The translations under genes were made by a program, and so were the position numbers. Source: a virus (Duplodnaviria > Heunggongvirae > Uroviricota > Caudoviricetes > Schitoviridae). From it: a stretch of 13,110 nucleotides of DNA. The notes below the pieces were generated by a model. It was not told the DNA's origin. It saw nothing but the letters and a program-made list of their open reading frames with translations, and did no database searches. The DNA is taken from the IMG/VR virus record IMGVR_UViG_3300033155_001073; one strand, given 5' to 3'. This document shows positions 1 to 7,192 of this stretch, in pieces; position 1 is the stretch's first letter, and every line of letters starts with the position of its first letter.

Positions 1-1
1 C

Positions 2-1045
2 TCAGTAATTCCAACTCACAATGCCGTCATACCAGCAGCCGTTGGCGTAGACTTAGGCTGTGGGATGATGGCTGTAAAGACTTCATTAACAGCATCAGAT
101 TTACCTGATAACTTGGCAACACTTCGTTCACATATTGAAGAAATGATTCCTCATGGGCGCTCTAACAATGGGCGTGCAGGTGATGTAGGTAGTCGTCAGA
201 CTGCAAACAAAGATATTATGGATAAGTGGGCCAACCTGGCTGCACGCTACCATGCTATTATTGAGAAACATCCTAAAGCCAAAGCATTTAACACCTGGAA
301 CCAAATTGGAACATTAGGTGGCGGTAACCATTTTATTGAGGTATGTTTAGATGAAGACCAACAAGTGTGGATCATGTTACATTCAGGAAGCAGGGGAGCT
401 GGTAACAAAATTGGAATGTACTTTATTGATAAAGCCAAAGAAGAAATGGAAAGATACCATATTCTTGACTCATTACCTGACAAAGACTTATCGTACCTTG
501 TTGAACACACTGAGCTCTATGATGACTACATCGAAGCAGTAGAATGGGCACAAGAATTTGCAGAAATGAACCGTAAGACAATGATGGAAATCATTATTAA
601 AATTATGGTTAAACGATTCAAAGGATTCAGTATCTTAGATACTGCTATTAACTGTCATCACAATTATATTGCTAAGGAGAACCATTATGGAGAGAATATT
701 ATTATCACTCGCAAGGGTGCTATTCGCGCCCGTAAAGGGGACCTCGGAATTATTCCTGGCTCTATGGGTGATAAGTCTTATATTGTTCGTGGGCTGGGGA
801 ATATTGAGTCTTTCTGCAGTTGTAGCCACGGCGCTGGTCGGGTAATGAGCCGGGCCAAGGCTAAGAAACTATTCACAGCTGAAGACCTAGCAGAACAAAC
901 CAAAGGTATTGAGTGCCCTAAAGATGCAGCCCGGGTTGATGAAATCCCTGCAGCATATAAACCAATTGAAGTAGTAATGGAAAACCAGAAAGACTTGGTT
1001 GAAGTTGTTGCTACATTACAACAAGTACTTAATATTAAAGGTTAA
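2..1045 (+). CDS. rtcB: RtcB-family RNA 2',3'-cyclic phosphate/3'-phosphate:5'-OH ligase, 5' end outside the window
   Basis: The frame is open from nt 2: SVIPTHNAVIPAAVGVDLGCG precedes the called Met at 65, so the real start is upstream of the window. RtcB motifs are present in order: DLGCG (metal-binding D/C), GTLGGGNHFIE, HSGSRG, CHHNY, RKGA, IPGSMG, SCSHGAGR (guanylylated His), DEIPAAYK, and C-terminal KG. Confidence 0.96.
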   Translation, partial: SVIPTHNAVIPAAVGVDLGCGMMAVKTSLTASDLPDNLATLRSHIEEMIPHGRSNNGRAGDVGSRQTANKDIMDKWANLAARYHAIIEKHPKAKAFNTWNQIGTLGGGNHFIEVCLDEDQQVWIMLHSGSRGAGNKIGMYFIDKAKEEMERYHILDSLPDKDLSYLVEHTELYDDYIEAVEWAQEFAEMNRKTMMEIIIKIMVKRFKGFSILDTAINCHHNYIAKENHYGENIIITRKGAIRARKGDLGIIPGSMGDKSYIVRGLGNIESFCSCSHGAGRVMSRAKAKKLFTAEDLAEQTKGIECPKDAARVDEIPAAYKPIEVVMENQKDLVEVVATLQQVLNIKG

Positions 1046-1049
1046 CATA

Positions 1050-1349
1050 ATGAAACCCGAACAATTAAAAGTTATTGCAGAAGGGATGGGGTATGAAACA
1101 TTCTCTATAAGTGAAAACTATGTAACTGTGTGGAATGGTAAAGATATATACACTAGAAAATGGTATAAACCTCACACCACAAACAACGACCAAATGGTTG
1201 AGATAATAGAGAGGCATATTATTCAATTGGAGCAGCTAGATTTTGGAATATGGAAAGCTCTTATAAGTTTAGAGCCTCAAAGTCATTTAGGCAAAACAAT
1301 AAACGAAGCAGTATGCAGCGCAGCTTACGAGTATTTTAAAAATAAATAA
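1050..1349 (+). CDS. Hypothetical phage protein, 99 aa, possibly phage ABA-sandwich-like
   Basis: The ORF track starts at 999, but ATG 1050 follows AAGG and the rtcB stop, so it is the more likely start. The pattern WYKPxxxNxQ..IIE..I.L..W.A...GKT..EA.C.AA resembles phage ABA-sandwich-type proteins (recalled by eye). Confidence 0.7.
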   Translation: MKPEQLKVIAEGMGYETFSISENYVTVWNGKDIYTRKWYKPHTTNNDQMVEIIERHIIQLEQLDFGIWKALISLEPQSHLGKTINEAVCSAAYEYFKNK

Positions 1350-1354
1350 ATAAT

Positions 1355-1375
1355 GCCCTGCCTCCGCAGGGTTTT
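1355..1375 (+). terminator. Probable rho-independent terminator
   Basis: CCCTGC(1356-1361)-CTCC-GCAGGG(1366-1371) followed by TTTT, 6 nt after the stop at 1349. Confidence 0.7.
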
Positions 1376-1383
1376 ACCCGTTT

Positions 1384-1447
1384 TGGGAGTATAGTTAAAG
1401 CTAAATACAAACGCTAATGTAGCACGTATCGAGCACTTATACTCCCA
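1384..1447. repeat. Intergenic 10-bp perfect inverted repeat enclosing a 44-nt spacer with an inner hairpin
   Basis: TGGGAGTATA (1384-1393) and TATACTCCCA (1438-1447); inner GCTA-ATG-TAGC at 1413-1423. Confidence 0.75.
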
Positions 1448-1471
1448 CTTTAATTTAATAACGAGAATATT

Positions 1472-1846
1472 ATGATTAACCAATGTAGCACTTGTAAATA
1501 TACAGCTTTAACTAGTGAACAACATCCTTGCATAGACTGTAGAAGTGGGACCAAATGGGTGGTGGCAGAAAATACAAATATAAATTCTGGCCTGAATGGC
1601 TCTTATTATGAAGTCCTAATTAAACATCCAACTAAACCAGATAAAGAACCTTACTTAGCTGAGTGTAATGATATTACAGAAGCTTTAAACATGACCCCTC
1701 ATGAGTATAACATCTTTAAGTCAGTATGGCGTAAAGCTGCAGCTCGTATGGGTAATGGTAAAACAGATAGTAAAGCACTGTACGATGCACAGAAATGTTT
1801 ATTCGCTGCTCAACGTATGGTAAAAATAGAAGAACAAAATGGATAG
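1472..1846 (+). CDS. N4 gp22-like conserved protein (DUF3310-like) with an N-terminal CxxC..CxxC module
   Basis: The core NGSYYEVxI.HP...PY.AEC.DI.EALNM...E.NIFK..WR.AAAR.GNGK....LYDA.K matches my recollection of a conserved N4-like family. The N-terminus has CSTC and CIDC. Confidence 0.7.
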   Translation: MINQCSTCKYTALTSEQHPCIDCRSGTKWVVAENTNINSGLNGSYYEVLIKHPTKPDKEPYLAECNDITEALNMTPHEYNIFKSVWRKAAARMGNGKTDSKALYDAQKCLFAAQRMVKIEEQNG

Positions 1847-2069
1847 CATTCGAGTTATAGACTTAGATGAAGGTCCAATCAAAGTCTTAATACCCTCATG
1901 GGTACACTGGATGGCTACTGATGAAAGTGGAGCATTGTGGTTTTTTCAATATAAACCTGAACTCATACGCAACCTTGCAGCATGGGCACCAAATAAAGGG
2001 CATGAACGATTTGCTGCATCCATCAGACCACCTAAAGATTATAAGCAAGAATTGTATACTTGGCGCTAA
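1839..2069 (+). CDS. Hypothetical phage protein, 76 aa
   Basis: Overlaps the upstream stop. The P.W..W.ATDE.G..W.F..KP pattern is common in small phage proteins. Confidence 0.75.
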   Translation: MDSIRVIDLDEGPIKVLIPSWVHWMATDESGALWFFQYKPELIRNLAAWAPNKGHERFAASIRPPKDYKQELYTWR

Positions 2070-2575
2070 AGAGGATTAAGATAATTAGTACTATTACACA
2101 AAAAGAATTAAAAGAGTTGTTACACTATGACCCACTAACCGGAATATTTACATGGGCCTCTACTAGAAGAGGAAGAAAAGTCGGTAATACTGCAGGCTAC
2201 CTTAATACGATTGGCTATATAATAATACAAATTAATGGTAAAAAGTACAAAGCACATAGACTTGCTTGGCTTTATGTCCACGGGTATTTACCAGAATTTA
2301 TAGATCATGAAAATCATATTCGAGACAATAACTGGATTTTAAACTTACAAGATGCAACCAGAATAGAGAATGGCAAAAACCTATCTATATATAAGAATAA
2401 CTCCAGTGGTGTAACTGGTGTTAACTGGCACAAGACAACCAACAAATGGCGGGCCTCAATAGGAATTAACAACAAAGATAAGCATCTTGGGCTTTTCACA
2501 GATAAATTTGAAGCAATCTGTACCAGAAAATCAGCAGATAACAAATATAATTTCCATGAAAACCATGGGAGATAA
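2060..2575 (+). CDS. Free-standing HNH homing endonuclease with C-terminal AP2 DNA-binding domain
   Basis: N-terminal ELKELLHYDPLTGIFTW; HNH core YKAHRLAWLY..G..P.FIDHEN..RDNN.I.NL..AT..EN.KN; AP2-like NSSGVTGVNWHK..NKWRASI.INNK.KHLGLF.DK.EA. The start is uncertain (TTG 2060, or ATA 2081/ATT 2084 behind GAGG). Confidence 0.92.
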   Translation: MALKRIKIISTITQKELKELLHYDPLTGIFTWASTRRGRKVGNTAGYLNTIGYIIIQINGKKYKAHRLAWLYVHGYLPEFIDHENHIRDNNWILNLQDATRIENGKNLSIYKNNSSGVTGVNWHKTTNKWRASIGINNKDKHLGLFTDKFEAICTRKSADNKYNFHENHGR

Positions 2576-2605
2576 AATAACTAAAATATATACTTGGAAA
2601 TAGTA

Positions 2606-2920
2606 ATGAAGAAATCAGATACAGAATTATTCTCACAAGAGCCAACATTCCCTGAATCTAGCCGTATTGATATTATTGGACAGAATGGAAATGAAGGTTT
2701 ACATTATAAACCCACAACCTTTGCTATACAGTCAATATTTTCATATGGTTGGGACTTTGTTGGATTTGATGATAAAGATGGCTTACGTGAAGTTTTTAAA
2801 ACCGAAGCAAAAGCTAAAAAAGAACTAAAAGAAATACTTGAATTTACAAACGATGCTCCGGAGGACTGGCGTATTATCCCTTATAACCCTTATGAGGACG
2901 AAACCTTTGCCAGATTCTAA
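2606..2920 (+). CDS. Hypothetical phage protein, about 104 aa
   Basis: ATG 2606 follows GGAAA and is preferred over TTG 2594. Contains RIDIIGQNGNEGLHY. Confidence 0.75.
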   Translation: MKKSDTELFSQEPTFPESSRIDIIGQNGNEGLHYKPTTFAIQSIFSYGWDFVGFDDKDGLREVFKTEAKAKKELKEILEFTNDAPEDWRIIPYNPYEDETFARF

Positions 2921-3191
2921 ACCAGAATATAAAGAATTCTTTTGTAGTAAATGTCAAAAGTATAAAAAAGGCAGCTTGCTTGCATATAAACGTAAAAATC
3001 GTTCAGTATGTACTTCATGTACACTACCTATTAAAGAACAAGAACAATTAGGTATTTTAAGCCCTTATCAAAATGTAGAAAAAGGGCGAGCTTTAATAAA
3101 GCCTGTTGCTAATCCTTATAAAAAACCACTTACTAATTCTACATTACAAGCAATAACCGGAGAAACCCATGGCAGCAAGAAAACCTCTTAG
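2892..3191 (+). CDS. Hypothetical basic protein with a CxxC..CxxC zinc-ribbon
   Basis: CSKC and CTSC motifs. The start is uncertain (2838, 2853 or 2892); 2892 minimises overlap with the upstream gene. Confidence 0.65.
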   Translation: MRTKPLPDSKPEYKEFFCSKCQKYKKGSLLAYKRKNRSVCTSCTLPIKEQEQLGILSPYQNVEKGRALIKPVANPYKKPLTNSTLQAITGETHGSKKTS

Positions 3192-3351
3192 ACGCTTTAA
3201 GTTTACATATCAAACCGAATTCAGTTCAGATCATGATTATAAAAGAATTTTATATGCAACAACATCACAATCAGCCTGGACTAAATTTAATAACTATTGT
3301 GAAGAGCATAATATTAAACTTCACGATGCCTCACTAGAATTATTAGGATAA
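3169..3351 (+). CDS. Hypothetical protein, 60 aa
   Basis: GGAG about 6 nt upstream of the ATG; fills the gap between neighbours on the coding strand. Confidence 0.7.
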   Translation: MAARKPLRRFKFTYQTEFSSDHDYKRILYATTSQSAWTKFNNYCEEHNIKLHDASLELLG

Positions 3352-3354
3352 CCC

Positions 3355-3564
3355 ATGATTGAATATATTAACTCTTTAACCACTATTGCAGTAGGTACTT
3401 ATTTTATAGCAGCATCAATTTGGGGGTACCCTCACATCAGCTTGTTTTTACAAGATAATGAAACTAGTGGAATGAAAACTATGCTAATCGCACTATGTGT
3501 AATAGGAGTAGTTATGTTTACCTCAGGTATACTAGATTTTATTGAAATAGCGGAAAAATTATAA
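3355..3564 (+). CDS. Small membrane protein with two predicted TM helices
   Basis: Hydrophobic stretches LTTIAVGTYFIAASIWGY and MLIALCVIGVVMFTSGIL; AGGA upstream; TAATG overlap with the ATPase gene. Confidence 0.75.
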   Translation: MIEYINSLTTIAVGTYFIAASIWGYPHISLFLQDNETSGMKTMLIALCVIGVVMFTSGILDFIEIAEKL

Positions 3565-4637
3565 TGGAAATTACATTACATAATGCAGCAGCTGCAGTAC
3601 GTGATATCATGCGAGCCAACCTGGTTGCTAATTTAATTGGCTCACCCGGCATTGGCAAAAGTGATATTATTAAGCAGGTTGCTGAAGAATTTGAATTAAA
3701 AGTTATTGATATTAGATTGGCTCAATGTGATCCAACTGATTTAAATGGTTTTCCTACTCTTAGTGAAGATCGTTCCCGGTGCCACTACGCTCCACCGATC
3801 ACGTTCCCATTAGCAGATGATCCATTACCAATTAAAGAACCAGCAGTCTTAGACGAACTAGGGCGCACCATCAAGAAGCCTGTATATTATAAAGGTTGGT
3901 TACTCTTCTTAGATGAATTAACAAGTGCGCCTCCAATGGTGCAAGCTGCAGCATACAAAGTAATCCTTGATCGCCAAGTTGGTGAACATGATCTTCATGA
4001 AAAGGTTCGTATTGTAGCTGCAGGTAATAAAACAACAGATAAAGCTATTGTTCAACGTATGAGCACAGCTTTACAATCCCGGGTAATAACACTTGAAGTA
4101 ATTATTGACCTGGATGAATGGTTAATCTGGGCAGAGAAAGCCGGTATTGATAAGCGTATTATGTCTTATATTCAATTCCGACCTGATATGTTACATAAAT
4201 TTGATGCTAACCATAAAGACTTAACTTTCCCTTGTCCTCGTACATGGGAATTTGCTCATGGCTTACTGAAGATCTGGCGTGTAGTAACATTTCAGAATTT
4301 GATTGTATTAGCAGGAGCAGTCAGTAAAGGTGCTGCATCTGAGTTAATTGCATTCTGTCAAGTATATGATACTATACCTACACTTGAAAAGATGATAGCT
4401 GATCCACTTGGTGTACCAATTGATAATAGTAAAAAAGATCTCTTATTTGCTATTTGTTCATTAATTGGACAATCTTTTAATAAAGATAACAGCCAGGCAT
4501 TGATCTCAGTTATGGAACGCTTACCAATTGAATTCCGAGTTACAGCATGTCAAAACATTCTACGACGGGATCGTACTTTACAACGTGAGCCAAATTTAAA
4601 GACTTGGATCCGCGATAACTCTTCTGAATTATATTAA
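3564..4637 (+). CDS. MoxR-like AAA+ ATPase (N4 gp24-like)
   Basis: Walker A GSPGIGKS, Walker B LLFLDE, sensor-1 AAGN, Arg finger STALQSR, sensor-2 PCPRTWE; adjacent to a VWA gene. Confidence 0.93.
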   Translation: MEITLHNAAAAVRDIMRANLVANLIGSPGIGKSDIIKQVAEEFELKVIDIRLAQCDPTDLNGFPTLSEDRSRCHYAPPITFPLADDPLPIKEPAVLDELGRTIKKPVYYKGWLLFLDELTSAPPMVQAAAYKVILDRQVGEHDLHEKVRIVAAGNKTTDKAIVQRMSTALQSRVITLEVIIDLDEWLIWAEKAGIDKRIMSYIQFRPDMLHKFDANHKDLTFPCPRTWEFAHGLLKIWRVVTFQNLIVLAGAVSKGAASELIAFCQVYDTIPTLEKMIADPLGVPIDNSKKDLLFAICSLIGQSFNKDNSQALISVMERLPIEFRVTACQNILRRDRTLQREPNLKTWIRDNSSELY

Positions 4638-4646
4638 GGACCTGCC

Positions 4647-5768
4647 ATGTTACCTCAAGATAGAGCACTTGATCGTACTAAGATAGCTTTAATGACCTCT
4701 GAGTCTGCTTTCTTAGTTGCAATGGCTCTAAGTCTACATCATCATTTTGATGAGAGCGAAGAGACAGCATGCACTAATGGGGTATATGTTAAGTATAACC
4801 CAGACTTCTTCCTTAGTTTGCCTGAGAAGCAACGACTTACTCTGATGGTACACGAAGTATGGCATGTAGCTCTACTTCATAACTATAGAGGTAAAGGGAA
4901 GGACCACGAGAAGTATAACAGAGCAGCAGATTATACAAATAATCAACTTTTAAAAGACGCTGGCTTTGAACCTATACCTGGTTGGTTACAGGATGATAAA
5001 TATAAAGATATGAGTACTAATCAAATCTATAATTTATTACCTGATGAACCACCAAAAAATAATCCTATGGGAGGAGATATAGTAGCTCCCCCTGGAGGTA
5101 CAGAATCAGGACTTGCAGATGCAAAAGCTAAAGTTGAGCAACAAATCATTCAAGCACAAGTACAATCTGAATTAGCTGGGGATGCGCCCGGGTCTTTACC
5201 TGAGGAGCTGCAGCGTCAGATTAAAAAGTTATTGAATCCTGCATTACCATGGGAAGCAATCCTTGGTAGATTTATGCAAGATCAAGCCAAGAATGATTAC
5301 TCATGGGCCAGACCAAATAAGCGGTTTATGCCTGATTTCTATATGCCATCATTACATTCAGAACGATTAGAACATTTAACATTTGCCATTGATACTAGTG
5401 GCTCTGTTACAGATGACGACATGGTCGCAATGTTAACTGAGATTAATTATATCAAAGAAGTTATGCAGCCTAATCGCATGACTATACTTGATTGTGACAC
5501 TATTATACATAATGTATATGATGTTACAGATAGTGATGATATATTAGAATTAGAATTCACTGGAGGAGGAGGCACTAAATGTGCTCCTGTCATTGAATTC
5601 TGTGAAAAGCAGCATACAACAGCGTTGGTGTACTTCACTGATTTATATATGCGTGAGTACCCACATCCCATTACATTTCCATTATTATGGATCGTATACA
5701 ACAATCCCAATAGAACGAAAGTTAATATTGGGGAAATAACACATTATGATATTAAAGGTTCCAAATGA
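4647..5768 (+). CDS. HExxH metallopeptidase-like plus VWA-like domain protein (DUF2201-type; N4 gp25-like)
   Basis: TACTNG, HEVWHVALLH (HExxH), N.AADY..N, MIDAS DTSGS, GGGGT and FTD motifs; AAGGA RBS upstream. Confidence 0.92.
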   Translation: MLPQDRALDRTKIALMTSESAFLVAMALSLHHHFDESEETACTNGVYVKYNPDFFLSLPEKQRLTLMVHEVWHVALLHNYRGKGKDHEKYNRAADYTNNQLLKDAGFEPIPGWLQDDKYKDMSTNQIYNLLPDEPPKNNPMGGDIVAPPGGTESGLADAKAKVEQQIIQAQVQSELAGDAPGSLPEELQRQIKKLLNPALPWEAILGRFMQDQAKNDYSWARPNKRFMPDFYMPSLHSERLEHLTFAIDTSGSVTDDDMVAMLTEINYIKEVMQPNRMTILDCDTIIHNVYDVTDSDDILELEFTGGGGTKCAPVIEFCEKQHTTALVYFTDLYMREYPHPITFPLLWIVYNNPNRTKVNIGEITHYDIKGSK

Positions 5769-5944
5769 GTACAGATACAACAGAAATAAAAGAACATTAT
5801 GAATTACAAGTACAACTCCATGCTTCTATTGAGCTATGCAAAGAATGCTATGCAGCTCAGATATTAAATGGAAAACTACTTTGTACTCATGATGATCCTA
5901 CACCAATTAACTGCAATGTGCTAAAGGTACATGGAGCCTTCTAA
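5765..5944 (+). CDS. Small Cys-rich protein, 59 aa (not in the ORF track)
   Basis: Translated by hand: MSTDTTEIKEHYELQVQLHASIELCKECYAAQILNGKLLCTHDDPTPINCNVLKVHGAF. It has an ATGA overlap with the upstream stop and a TAATG overlap with the downstream start, filling the gap exactly. Confidence 0.8.
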   Translation: MSTDTTEIKEHYELQVQLHASIELCKECYAAQILNGKLLCTHDDPTPINCNVLKVHGAF

Positions 5945-6504
5945 TGGAATCAGGGCAAGCTAAAGATATACTGGATAAGTTACTCCATGATCTATATGAA
6001 GTACCTTTACATGGTGTCTATAATAATATAGCACTTATTGTCCAAGAAAACGCAGAAGTAATCCTTAATATACGAAATGACGATGTTGTACGTTATGTAC
6101 GATTTGAAAGTGGCATCTATTATAGCACCAACTTACCAAGCTATAAGGATAGAAAATCAATCCTATATGATACACAAATACCTAATCGCAATATGACTAT
6201 GCATGAGTCAATACGTGAACCACTAATGGTAGAAATACATGAGCGTACAGAACTCGAGCAAGAACAAAAAGCATGCGCCTATTACTTACGTACTTTATTA
6301 AATCAATGTAATTCATTACGTGATGTGCAAGCCCTCCTTCCGGGGGCTATCTGGAATCTTCTAGGTATAACAATAAAAACTGAGAGTATAGGCCCATTAA
6401 GCTATACCTCTGAAAATTTTGATAAAATCAAAGCAGAGCATGCCGAAGATGCTGCAATAATTAAAGAACGATTATTCTTAAACTTATTATTAAAAAAGGT
6501 ATAA
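5944..6504 (+). CDS. N4 gp38-like conserved protein
   Basis: The C-terminal pattern YL..LL..C.S..D...LLP..I..LL and the position shortly upstream of the polymerase resemble the conserved gene preceding DNA polymerase in N4-like phages (from memory). GGAG RBS upstream. Confidence 0.6.
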   Translation: MESGQAKDILDKLLHDLYEVPLHGVYNNIALIVQENAEVILNIRNDDVVRYVRFESGIYYSTNLPSYKDRKSILYDTQIPNRNMTMHESIREPLMVEIHERTELEQEQKACAYYLRTLLNQCNSLRDVQALLPGAIWNLLGITIKTESIGPLSYTSENFDKIKAEHAEDAAIIKERLFLNLLLKKV

Positions 6505-6505
6505 T

Positions 6506-6742
6506 ATGAAACTTGGTATATTAGCTCAAGAGACTTTAGCAAACATACATGGATCACCTACTCCTATACATATTGATGATTTATTAGAAAAATCTGAACT
6601 CACTAAACATAGTCGTAGACTTAATGCAGTAGTATTGGAATTAGAATCTCGAGGATTAATCTACTTGGTTTTAAATCCAGATAGTATTACGCAGTATGGA
6701 TGTGAATATGGTGTAAGGGGGTTACATGACAAAGAAAAATAA
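6506..6742 (+). CDS. Hypothetical protein, 78 aa, possibly winged-helix
   Basis: AAGG RBS. IHIDDLLEKSEL...RLNAVVLELESRGLIY resembles a wHTH recognition helix and wing. Confidence 0.65.
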   Translation: MKLGILAQETLANIHGSPTPIHIDDLLEKSELTKHSRRLNAVVLELESRGLIYLVLNPDSITQYGCEYGVRGLHDKEK

Positions 6743-6980
6743 ACAATGTGCCGTATGTAAAGGCCACTACGATGCTTCTATGCTCGTAGGAATTATGGAT
6801 ACTTATATCTGTGATGTGTGTGCCCAGGAAATGGATAGTATGATGCAAAAAGAGTTAGGTGAAGATTATAAGAAAGATTTACCTAAAACAACTACTCGTC
6901 ATATTGAAAATGATATACCTATCTTTACTGTATATTCTCCTATACACCCTATAATTGACCCTGAGCCAACAACTGCATAA
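6726..6980 (+). CDS. Small protein with a ClpX-type C4 zinc-finger-like motif
   Basis: CAVC-x16-YICDVC; AGGGG RBS; TAATG overlap with the next gene. Confidence 0.7.
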   Translation: MTKKNKQCAVCKGHYDASMLVGIMDTYICDVCAQEMDSMMQKELGEDYKKDLPKTTTRHIENDIPIFTVYSPIHPIIDPEPTTA

Positions 6981-7192
6981 TGAATAATAATTATTCTTGG
7001 GCAACTACCTCACAAGGATATGTGAGTGTACAACATTTAGGTAAAGAGATAGGGCGAGCTTCTAGTATACAAGAAGCCTTAGCTATTGAAGAACAGCATA
7101 AATTGGAACGTACTAATGAAGCACATCATCTATTCGGCCAACGAAGACAACAAATACGAAATAGCGGTATTAATCAAAGAAAGCGCTTTTAA
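6980..7192 (+). CDS. Hypothetical protein, 70 aa
   Basis: TAATG coupling to the upstream gene. Its 3' 77 nt overlap the polymerase start, so the C-terminal part is uncertain. Confidence 0.55.
   Translation: MNNNYSWATTSQGYVSVQHLGKEIGRASSIQEALAIEEQHKLERTNEAHHLFGQRRQQIRNSGINQRKRF

Noticed and set aside
1385-1447. tRNA gene
   Set aside because: The acceptor-like stem is present, but the length is 63 nt, with no D-arm GG, no TTC T-loop, no canonical anticodon loop and no CCA.
4636-4646. GACCTG resembling an N4 middle (RNAP II) promoter element
   Set aside because: It overlaps the RBS in a 9-nt gap, and the hexamer also occurs inside coding regions. There is no supporting AT-rich element.
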